64,000 nucleotides of DNA from Myxococcales bacterium (GTDB taxonomy: Bacteria; Myxococcota_A; Polyangia; Polyangiales; Ga0077539): NCBI GenBank assembly GCA_016792845.1, contig JAEUKH010000054.1, positions 131,708 through 195,707 of the forward strand, in the 5' to 3' direction. This document shows positions 9,512-16,165 of this stretch, in pieces. The notes beneath the pieces were generated by a model. The model was not told the origin of the DNA. It did not search any database and worked only from the letters and a program-made list of their open reading frames with translations. The number at the start of each line of letters is the position of its first letter. The first letter of the stretch is position 1. The position numbers and the translations under genes are program-made.

Positions 9512-9859
9512 CTACCGCAGCGCCGCACCGAGGAGGGCGAACCCCAACGCCACACCGCTCGCGAGCCCCGCCGCGCGCCGCGCCTCGGTGAGCGACCCCG
9601 CGCTCGCGGCGAGCACCAGCAGCGCGGCGGTCACCCGCGCCTCGGCCGCGGCGTCGCTCCACCGACCGCGCGCGAGGCTCGTCAGGTAGGCCGCGCGGCG
9701 GAGGTCGAGCTCCCAATCGAGGCGTGTGACCGCGGCGTGGGCCAAGAGCCCGAGGGCCGCGAGGGCCATCACCGCGGCGAGGGTGAGCGACGGCCCGCGG
9801 CGCCACGAGACGAGCCCCAAGACCGAGAGCGCCACCAGGGCGAGCCCCGCGGCGCTCAT
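9512..9859 (-). CDS. small hypothetical membrane protein (115 aa, about 4 TM helices)
   Basis: Inner part of ORF 9512-10114, from ATG at 9859: MSAAGLALVALSVLGLVSW. The start overlaps the upstream stop as ATGA. GC-rich third positions. Confidence 0.55.
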   Translation of the reverse strand: MSAAGLALVALSVLGLVSWRRGPSLTLAAVMALAALGLLAHAAVTRLDWELDLRRAAYLTSLARGRWSDAAAEARVTAALLVLAASAGSLTEARRAAGLASGVALGFALLGAALR

Positions 9860-10164
9860 CGCACCCACGCCATCGCCGCGAGCGTCGAGAGCGCCGAGAC
9901 GCCCACGCCCCACTCGAAGCAGCGGGCCAGGCGCTCGGGGTCGCGGCGGAGTCGCGCGATCGCCAAGGCGCCCAGAATGGCCGTGGCGTAGAGCGTCACC
10001 GTCACCCGGCCGACGAAGGGCGTGGCCTCGGTCGAGAGCACCGCCGTGGCGTCGGGCGCGGGGGCGCGCAGGTGCAGCCAGACCCGCGTCGCCGCGAAGA
10101 CCGCCGGGGCCCACGCGAACGACGCGCCCGCGACGGCGAGGGTGCGGCGGCCCCGAGGGCTCAC
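9856..10164 (-). CDS. small hypothetical membrane protein (102 aa, about 3 TM helices)
   Basis: ORF 9856-10197 trimmed to GTG at 10164, which overlaps the radical-SAM stop as GTGA. Hydrophobic segments LAVAGASFAWAPAVFAA, VTVTLYATAILGALAIA and GVGVSALSTLAAMAW. Confidence 0.55.
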   Translation of the reverse strand: MSPRGRRTLAVAGASFAWAPAVFAATRVWLHLRAPAPDATAVLSTEATPFVGRVTVTLYATAILGALAIARLRRDPERLARCFEWGVGVSALSTLAAMAWVR

Positions 10165-11288
10165 GCCCGACGCTCCCAGGCCATCACCCGCGGGCACTCG
10201 GGGTCGGGGCCCATGGCGCCGCGAAGATGGGTCGCGACGACCTTGCAGCCCCCGCGGCAGACGCGCTGAAACTCGCAGCCCGCGCAGGGCTCGGGGGGCG
10301 CGTCGGCGAAGGCCCGAAAGGCGTCGATGGACATTCTTGAGTCTGACTCAGTCACGAAGCTGCACCCCTTGAGGGCGCCCTCGCGGTCGACCGCGGCGAG
10401 GTAGCGCCCCGCCTCGCAGCCGAAGACGCCGAAGCGTTCGAGGCCCGCCGCAGACCCGAGGGCGCCCGCCACGAGGGGCACCAGCGCGCAGTCGATGCGG
10501 AGCGAGAGCCGACCCTCAAGGGCCGCGGCCAGAGGCTTGAGCGCGGCGCCGAGGGCCTCGGCCTGCGAGGGGGTGAGGCGTCGGGCGAGGTACTCGGGTG
10601 AGGCCGCGCGCCCGGCGGGCTTGTACCGAAGGAGCTGAAGCTCGCGCACCCCGAGGTCTGCGAGGCGGTGCGAGAAGGGCGCAACGGAGGCGACGTTCTG
10701 CCGGGTGAGCACCATGTTGACGCCCACCGTGATGCCCGCCGAGACGAGCATGGCGATGGCCTCGTCGGCTTGTCGGGCGCCCTCGAAGCCGCGCACGGCG
10801 AGGTAGTCTGCGGGGCTGCCGTCGTGGCTGACGTTGACCTGCGCGAAATCTCGGAGCGCTGCGGCGCGGCGCGGGGTGAGCCCCAACCCGCTGGTGGTGA
10901 CCACGGGGGTCATGCCGAGGGCGCGGGCGAGGGTGGCGAGGCTCCCGAGGTCGTCGCGGAGCATGGGCTCGCCGCCGCCGAAGGCCACGGTGAAGACCCC
11001 CGTGTCGCGGAGCCCGCGCAGGGTCGCTTCGAGGGCCTCGCGGTCGACGTGGCGCCCCTCGGGCGAGGCGCTCTGGTAGCAGCCCGTGCAGGCCGCGGGG
11101 CAGCGCGAGGTGACGGCGATGTGGGCTTCGAGGGGCGCCTCGGGCGGGGGAGGGTCGTCGCGCCAAGCCCCGGCGTCGTCGAGGCCCAAGCGCCGGGCGC
11201 GGTCGCGGTCGACGGCCACGAGGGTGTCGTCGCCCAAGCGCACCCAAGCGCCGAACGGGGCCGCGCGGAGGCGGAGCTCAGCCCGCAT
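10161..11288 (-). CDS. radical SAM / SPASM-domain enzyme (peptide- or protein-modifying maturase type)
   Basis: ORF 10161-11501 trimmed to ATG at 11288 (MRAELRLRAAPFGAWVRL). CX3CX2C cluster in VTSRCPAACTGCY, then GGGEP. C-terminal SPASM-like cysteines: GCEAGRYLAAVDREGALKGCSF...CAGCEFQRVCRGGCKVV...DPECP. Confidence 0.85.
   Translation of the reverse strand: MRAELRLRAAPFGAWVRLGDDTLVAVDRDRARRLGLDDAGAWRDDPPPPEAPLEAHIAVTSRCPAACTGCYQSASPEGRHVDREALEATLRGLRDTGVFTVAFGGGEPMLRDDLGSLATLARALGMTPVVTTSGLGLTPRRAAALRDFAQVNVSHDGSPADYLAVRGFEGARQADEAIAMLVSAGITVGVNMVLTRQNVASVAPFSHRLADLGVRELQLLRYKPAGRAASPEYLARRLTPSQAEALGAALKPLAAALEGRLSLRIDCALVPLVAGALGSAAGLERFGVFGCEAGRYLAAVDREGALKGCSFVTESDSRMSIDAFRAFADAPPEPCAGCEFQRVCRGGCKVVATHLRGAMGPDPECPRVMAWERRA
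10337..10351. repeat. palindrome family A, copy A4: TTGAGTCTGACTCAG, with flank ACATTCT on the left
   Basis: Read directly. Lies inside the radical-SAM CDS and is read as T-E-S-D-S-R. Confidence 0.9.
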
Positions 11289-11508
11289 CGTCGGCACCGG
11301 GCGAGGGAGTTTCTGAGTCAGACTCAGCAGGGTCGGGTTCGGGGAGAGGGGCGTCGGGGGAAGGGGCGGCCTCGTCGAGGGCGGCGTTGAGGGCCACCAG
11401 GAGCGCGGCGCCCGCGGTGGCCGAGAGGAAGAGCATCTCGACGGCGCTCCCGATCGAGGAGCAGTTGGCGCCGGGGCCGCGTCGGATGCGCAAGATGCCA
11501 TCGCTCAC
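11278..11508 (-). CDS. small hypothetical protein (76 aa): short N-terminus, one hydrophobic helix, acidic Pro-rich tail
   Basis: Inner part of ORF 11278-11712. GTG at 11508 overlaps the upstream stop as GTGA, with AGGAG 7 nt upstream. Sequence: (M)SDGILRIRRGPGANCSSIGSAVEMLFLSATAGAALLVALNAALDEAAPSPDAPLPEPDPAESDSETPSPGADDAG. The first ~50 codons have strongly GC-rich third positions. The end overlaps the radical-SAM start by 11 nt. An alternative ATG lies at 11436. Confidence 0.5.
   Translation of the reverse strand: MSDGILRIRRGPGANCSSIGSAVEMLFLSATAGAALLVALNAALDEAAPSPDAPLPEPDPAESDSETPSPGADDAG
11313..11327. repeat. palindrome family A, copy A5: CTGAGTCAGACTCAG (perfect 15-mer)
   Basis: Read directly. 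About 25 nt upstream of the radical-SAM ATG, inside the tail of the 76-aa ORF, read as A-E-S-D-S-E. Confidence 0.9.
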
Positions 11509-12596
11509 AGAGAGACTCCTTCGAGCATCTGGGGGTCGTGGAGGAACATCGCGAGGTAGGCTACCGCGAGCACGGCGAGGGCGCAGAAGGCCGCGCGGAG
11601 GGCCCTCGGCAAGAGCCCCGCGGTCTTGAGCGTCACCGCGGCGAGGTAGACCCCTATGGTGCCGAGGCCGAGGGTCAAAAAGGGCCACGGGTCGTGGTCG
11701 TCGGTGCGCCACGCGAGGAGCCCGCCGCCCGCCGTGAGGAGCCCCAGTTGGGCCAGCGGCGTGACCCGGGCGAGCTGGGCGACGAGCGACTTCTTGAGTC
11801 TGCCTCGAAAAATCTTCACCCCGGCCGCCGCGGCGCTGAGCGCGAGGGCGACGAGGAGGGCGACGCTCGCCCTGAGGAGGGCGCGTCGTCGGGCCAGCAC
11901 CCTGGCGTTGGCGCGCACGGCCTCGTCGACGTCGAGGCCCTCGACCTCGCGCGCGGCCTGGGTCTCGTCGCCGCTCCGCTGTCGTGCGGTGACCAGGCGG
12001 TCGGCGGCGAGGTCGCGGAGGTGCGGGGGCGTGGCGCCGTCACGGGCGAGGGCGAGGTAGACCCGCACGGCGTCGTCGGGGCGGGCGAGGCGTTCGAGGT
12101 AGGCCTCGGCGACGAGGTAGCGGGCTTCGGCGCGCACGCGCCCGGGGGCGAAGCGCGCGCTCTCGGCGTCGAGGCGCCGGATGGCGTCGAGGTCGCGGGC
12201 GAGGGCGGGGTCGCGGCGCACCCGTTCGAGGGCCCTGAGCGGGGCGAAATCGCCCTCGGCGTGGGCTTCGAGGTCTTCGATCCGGGCGATGGCCCGCGAG
12301 GCCCAACGGCTCGACGGGTCGAGGGCCACGAAGCGACGGTACCCGTCGAGGGCCGCGCCGAAGGCCATGGCCTCGTCGTCGGTGGCCGCGAGGAAGTACA
12401 CCCCGAGGTGCCGCAGGGCCGGGTCGGGGCGCCCGAGGAGCGCGCGAAAATGCTGCCGCGCGAGGTCGACCTGGCGGGCCTCAAGGGCGTCACGCCCCGC
12501 GCTGAGGCTCGGGTCTTGTTGGGCGAAGGCGAGGCCCGAGGCGAGGGCGAGGGAGATACTGAGTCTGACTCGAAAACCCGCGACCCGGCGACGCAT
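11505..12596 (-). CDS. hypothetical protein: signal peptide, TPR-like helical region, four C-terminal TM helices
   Basis: ORF 11505-12596. Signal peptide MRRRVAGFRVRLSISLALASGLAFAQQ. Helical repeats rich in A/L/R/D. C-terminal hydrophobic segments, e.g. VALLVALALSAAAAGV and AFCALAVLAVAYLAMFL. Confidence 0.7.
   Translation of the reverse strand: MRRRVAGFRVRLSISLALASGLAFAQQDPSLSAGRDALEARQVDLARQHFRALLGRPDPALRHLGVYFLAATDDEAMAFGAALDGYRRFVALDPSSRWASRAIARIEDLEAHAEGDFAPLRALERVRRDPALARDLDAIRRLDAESARFAPGRVRAEARYLVAEAYLERLARPDDAVRVYLALARDGATPPHLRDLAADRLVTARQRSGDETQAAREVEGLDVDEAVRANARVLARRRALLRASVALLVALALSAAAAGVKIFRGRLKKSLVAQLARVTPLAQLGLLTAGGGLLAWRTDDHDPWPFLTLGLGTIGVYLAAVTLKTAGLLPRALRAAFCALAVLAVAYLAMFLHDPQMLEGVSL
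11794..11808. repeat. palindrome family A, degenerate copy A6: TTGAGTCTGCCTCGA (11/15)
   Basis: Read directly. Lies inside CDS 11505-12596 and is read as R-G-R-L-K. It shares the flank CTCGAAAA with copy A7. Confidence 0.5.
12559..12573. repeat. palindrome family A, copy A7: CTGAGTCTGACTCGA (13/15)
   Basis: Read directly. About 20 nt downstream of the ATG of CDS 11505-12596 and read as R-V-R-L-S. Confidence 0.8.
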
Positions 12597-12610
12597 GGCG
12601 GGGGCGATGC

Positions 12611-13729
12611 TCAGCTTCCGCGGGCGAAGCGCGCGGCCTCGGCGCCGGCGCGGTGACCGCTGGCGAGGGCGCCGGCGATGCCGTCACCGTCTCGGGCGAG
12701 GGCGACCTCGCCGGCCGCGAAGAGCCAAGGCGCGACCCGGGTCTGGCCGTCGGCGTCGAGCACCCGACCCGCGGCGTCGAGCCGCAGCCCCGCGCCGAAG
12801 GCCCGCCCTTCACGGGGCGCGAACCACTCGACCGGGTCGGCGCCCCGGGCCGCGCCGGTGGCCGAGAGGATGCGCTCGTGCCGCGCCGTCCATACGGGGA
12901 GGCCCGCGGTGCACTCTTCGAGGACCGAGGCGAAGCGCAGCCCGCCGCCCACGAGGCCGCCGGTGGCGAGCACCACGGCCCGCGCCCTGACGCTCTCGCC
13001 GTTGGCCAAGACCACCTTGGCGACGCGGCCCGGCTCGACCCGCGCCCGCGCGCTGAGCACGCCCACGTCGCGGGGCACCCAGGCCTGAAGGGCGGCCGCC
13101 ATGCGCAGCCCCGGAGGCTCGCCCGCGGCCCCCGCCACCTCGCCCACGGGTCGCCCCAAAAGCCGCTCAAGCTGCGCCGCCACATCGTGCCGCTTGAGCC
13201 CCAACACGGGCGGAAAGAGAAAGCCCCCGACGGTGTCGACGGCCTCTGCCAGCGAGGCCGCGAGGGTGGCCACGAGGCCTTCGGTGTCGAGCCGCATCGC
13301 CGCCGCGCCGAAGCCCGCCTCGCCCGCGTCGAAGCCGCAAGGCACCACTCGCCCCCCGAGGGTCTGCGCCAAGAGCCGCGGCTGCCAGGCCGGGTGCACC
13401 CCGAGGTCGACCACGCCCAAGGGCGCGCCCTCGCGCACCCGGTCAAGGTTGAGGAGCGACGAGAGGGCGCCCGCCACCCCCGACACCTGGAGCGCCCCTG
13501 CGGTCACGTAGCGCCCGCCGCGCTGCCACGGGCCCTCGGCCGACCAGCGGGCGAAGGGCTCTCGCGCCGCGCCCCAAAGCACCCCCGAGGCCATGGCCAG
13601 GGCGCCCTGAGACTCGGCCACGATGAGCGCGCTGGCGCCCGCCTCGTGGGCCGCCCGCGCGGCTGCGAGCCCCGCGGCCCCGCCGCCGATCACCACCACC
13701 TCGGCGTCGCGTCGTGGGGTGCTCATCAC
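12611..13729 (-). CDS. glpB: FAD-dependent oxidoreductase, anaerobic glycerol-3-phosphate dehydrogenase subunit B-like
   Basis: ORF 12611-13729. N-terminal dinucleotide fold EVVVIGGGAAGLAAARAAHEAGASALIV. C-terminal AAGEV...GIAGALASGHRAG. The start overlaps the glpA stop as ATGA. Confidence 0.7.
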   Translation of the reverse strand: MMSTPRRDAEVVVIGGGAAGLAAARAAHEAGASALIVAESQGALAMASGVLWGAAREPFARWSAEGPWQRGGRYVTAGALQVSGVAGALSSLLNLDRVREGAPLGVVDLGVHPAWQPRLLAQTLGGRVVPCGFDAGEAGFGAAAMRLDTEGLVATLAASLAEAVDTVGGFLFPPVLGLKRHDVAAQLERLLGRPVGEVAGAAGEPPGLRMAAALQAWVPRDVGVLSARARVEPGRVAKVVLANGESVRARAVVLATGGLVGGGLRFASVLEECTAGLPVWTARHERILSATGAARGADPVEWFAPREGRAFGAGLRLDAAGRVLDADGQTRVAPWLFAAGEVALARDGDGIAGALASGHRAGAEAARFARGS

Positions 13730-15378
13730 GCCACCGCCCCGAGCCCGCGGAGGGTCGCGTCGATCACGAGCTCAGACCGCGCTTGGGCCGTGCCGATGGC
13801 CGGGAGCCGCGAGCGCTTGCGCGCCATGATGAGGTCGATGGCTTGGGCCCGCACCTCGGCGGCGCTCCACCCGAGGAGCTCGCCGGCGATGAGGGCCGCG
13901 GTGAGGGCGCACTCGGCGCCGCCGCAGGGCCCGTAGGCGAGGTTGGTGCGCCGCGCGACGTCTTGCAGGGTGCGCGCGCCCTCGTGGGTGACGACGTAGC
14001 GCACCTCGGCGGCGAGCACGGGCTCGGTGGTGCAGGCCACCAGACGGCCCGCCTTGCCGCCCTCGGCGAGGACGCGCTCGGCCCGGGTGCCGTGGCGCCC
14101 CACGAGCCGCAGGGCCGCATAGTGTGAGATGTCGAAGCGGGCCGCGAGGGTCTCGACGTCGACGATGGCGTCGCCCCCCGGGAGCGGCGCCGTGTGGGTG
14201 GTGCAGCGCGCGCCGACGCCGAGGGCGGGGGCCACGAGGTCGGCCGCTTCTTCTGCAAATTGGCGATAACTCGCGAGTTTACCGCCGATCATGGACCATA
14301 GGTTTTTCACCCCGTCGCGGGCGTGGTCGAGCACCTCGTGCTCGCGCGAGAGGGCGTCTTCGAGCTTGCCCCAGGCGTAGAGGGTGGGCCTCGCGCCGAC
14401 GGTGGTGCCGATGATGCGGGCCTCGCGCACCCGCGGCAGCACGCGCTCGATGCCTTGGACGAGGTAGCGCACCTCGTCGCTGGTCACCGGGAGCGCGTCG
14501 AGGTTGGCGTAGGTGTCGTCGTCGGTGGTGCCGATGAGCGAGGTGTTCTCCCACGGTTCGATGAAGATGCTGCGCCCGTCGATGGCCTCGCACATCACGG
14601 CCACGTCGGTGATGGGCCGGTCGAGCATGAGGTGGACGCCCTTGCCGGGGCGCACCTTGACGCGCCCTTCGAGCCCTGCGAAACCCGCGGTGATGGGCGA
14701 CCACGCGCCGGTGGCGTTGACCACGGCGCGGGCTGAAATGTCGCGGGTCTCGCCGGTGAGCCGGTCGCGCACCCGCACGCCGGTGGCGACGCCGTCTTCG
14801 ATGAGCACCTTCTCGACCGAGGTGTGCAAGAGCACCGAGCCGCCGTGCTCGCGCGCGTCGAGGGCGTTGGCGTTGCAGAGCCGCGCGCCGTTGATGCCCC
14901 ACTCGTCGAAGGTCATGGCCCCGAGGAGCTTGTCGCTCACGAGCCCCGGCACCACCTTGAGGGCCTCGTCGGGGGTGAGCCGCGCGTGACGCTTGCCGCG
15001 CTTGAGCGGCTGGTACTGGTCGTACACCGCGAAGAAGGCGTCGTACGCCTCGAACCGCAGGCGGTCGAAGAAGCTCTGCCCGTAAATCGGCCACACAAAG
15101 GGAACACGAAAGATCATGTGCGGCGCGATGCGCTGGATGTTGCCCGAGTCTTCACACGACGAGCGGGTCACCGAAGGGTGCGTCGTGAGGTAGCGCGGGC
15201 CCCCGTGGATCATCCCCGATGAGTTGCCGCTCGCCCCGAAGGCGAGGTCATTCCGCTCGACCAGGAGGGTGCGCAGCCCGCGGAGGCTCAGGTCTCTCGC
15301 GAGGCCCGTGCCGTTCACCCCGCCACCGATGATGACCACGTCACAGTCGTAACTACGATCGTTCGCGCGAATCGACAT
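13726..15378 (-). CDS. glpA: anaerobic glycerol-3-phosphate dehydrogenase subunit A (FAD; C-terminal BFD-like 2Fe-2S domain)
   Basis: ORF 13726-15639 trimmed to ATG at 15378. MSIRANDRSYDCDVVIIGGGVNGTGLARDLSLRGLRTLLVERNDLAFGASGNSSGMIHGGPRYL. C-terminal VVTHEGARTLQDVARRTNLAYGPCGGAEC. Confidence 0.9.
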   Translation of the reverse strand: MSIRANDRSYDCDVVIIGGGVNGTGLARDLSLRGLRTLLVERNDLAFGASGNSSGMIHGGPRYLTTHPSVTRSSCEDSGNIQRIAPHMIFRVPFVWPIYGQSFFDRLRFEAYDAFFAVYDQYQPLKRGKRHARLTPDEALKVVPGLVSDKLLGAMTFDEWGINGARLCNANALDAREHGGSVLLHTSVEKVLIEDGVATGVRVRDRLTGETRDISARAVVNATGAWSPITAGFAGLEGRVKVRPGKGVHLMLDRPITDVAVMCEAIDGRSIFIEPWENTSLIGTTDDDTYANLDALPVTSDEVRYLVQGIERVLPRVREARIIGTTVGARPTLYAWGKLEDALSREHEVLDHARDGVKNLWSMIGGKLASYRQFAEEAADLVAPALGVGARCTTHTAPLPGGDAIVDVETLAARFDISHYAALRLVGRHGTRAERVLAEGGKAGRLVACTTEPVLAAEVRYVVTHEGARTLQDVARRTNLAYGPCGGAECALTAALIAGELLGWSAAEVRAQAIDLIMARKRSRLPAIGTAQARSELVIDATLRGLGAVA

Positions 15379-15550
15379 ATTGCCTGAAACCCGCGACAAG
15401 GGGTCGCCGGTTTTCGGCCGAGACCATAGGGTTCGACACGGTGCGTTGTCACGCAGAGAGCACGCGATTCGCGAGGGCGCCCTGCGGGCGGTCGGGCCGT
15501 GCGGGCTGTTCGACGCGGCCCGGGGGGTGTACCGATGGGCGCCAGCGGCG

Positions 15551-16165
15551 ATGGGTGACGACGGAGGCAGGCGTGTGGTGCTGGTGGCGCAGCGGGCGAG
15601 CGGCTCGGGGCGCTTTCGTCTCGACGACCTTCCGAGCACGAGCGGTCGTCTCGATGTTCACCTGCGGTGCCTGCGGGCGGCCTTTTTGCTCTCGCACGGT
15701 CTGCGCCGCGACGTGACCGTCGAGCTCGTACTCTTGGGCGACCGCGAGGCCCCGCGGGTGGTGCGCCTCGTGGGCGCGTCGCTCCGTTTTTTGCGCCCTG
15801 ACGAGCGCGCCATGGCCGTGCTGATGCAGAAGATTCTGACCGCCGAGGTCGGGTCTGAGGGCTGGCACGAGGTGCGCCCGGGGTGCTTCGTGTCGCGCGG
15901 CGGCACCGCCACCCTCGAAGCCGACTGGCACCCCGAGAACCTCTTGTGGCTCGACGAGACCGGCGAAGACCTTCGGGCCGCATCGCTCGCCCCGGGCCCG
16001 GTGACCCTGGTGCTCGGCGACCATCACGGGCTCGACGACGCCACCCGCGCGATCCTCGAAGGCCGCGGCGCGAAGAAGGTCTCGATCGGCCCCCTCAGCG
16101 TGCACGCCGACGACGCCCTCGCCGTCGCCTTCAACGAGCTCGATCGAAGGGCCTCAGCGCGCTGA
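15551..16165 (+). CDS. trmY: SPOUT methyltransferase resembling archaeal tRNA (pseudouridine54-N1)-methyltransferase TrmY (DUF358)
   Basis: ORF 15380-16165 trimmed to ATG at 15551. DDLPSTSGRLDVHLRCLRAAFLLSHGLRRDVTVELVLLG, FLRPDERAMAVLMQKIL, LVLGDHHGLDD and ISIGPLSVHADDALAVAFNELDRR line up with the TrmY sequence as I remember it. Confidence 0.7.
   Translation: MGDDGGRRVVLVAQRASGSGRFRLDDLPSTSGRLDVHLRCLRAAFLLSHGLRRDVTVELVLLGDREAPRVVRLVGASLRFLRPDERAMAVLMQKILTAEVGSEGWHEVRPGCFVSRGGTATLEADWHPENLLWLDETGEDLRAASLAPGPVTLVLGDHHGLDDATRAILEGRGAKKVSIGPLSVHADDALAVAFNELDRRASAR

Noticed and set aside
9481-10351. Invertible DNA switch between the 21-nt inverted repeats
   Set aside because: Not supported. Inversion would sever the radical-SAM gene, and no recombinase gene is nearby. 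It is kept only as a low-probability possibility under the finding on the repeat pair.
12653-13936. 427-aa plus-strand ORF opposite glpB, plus similar long antisense ORFs (12181-12990, 11538-12656, 10668-11390)
   Set aside because: No domain signatures and low-complexity Arg/Gly/Pro content. The opposite strand has recognisable genes with coupled start/stop overlaps.
14268-14279. Single 12-bp palindrome AACTCGCGAGTT inside glpA, and other isolated palindromes (e.g. AATCCCAGGGATT at about 49446)
   Set aside because: With this base composition, dozens of 12-bp palindromes are expected by chance in 64 kb. These do not recur.
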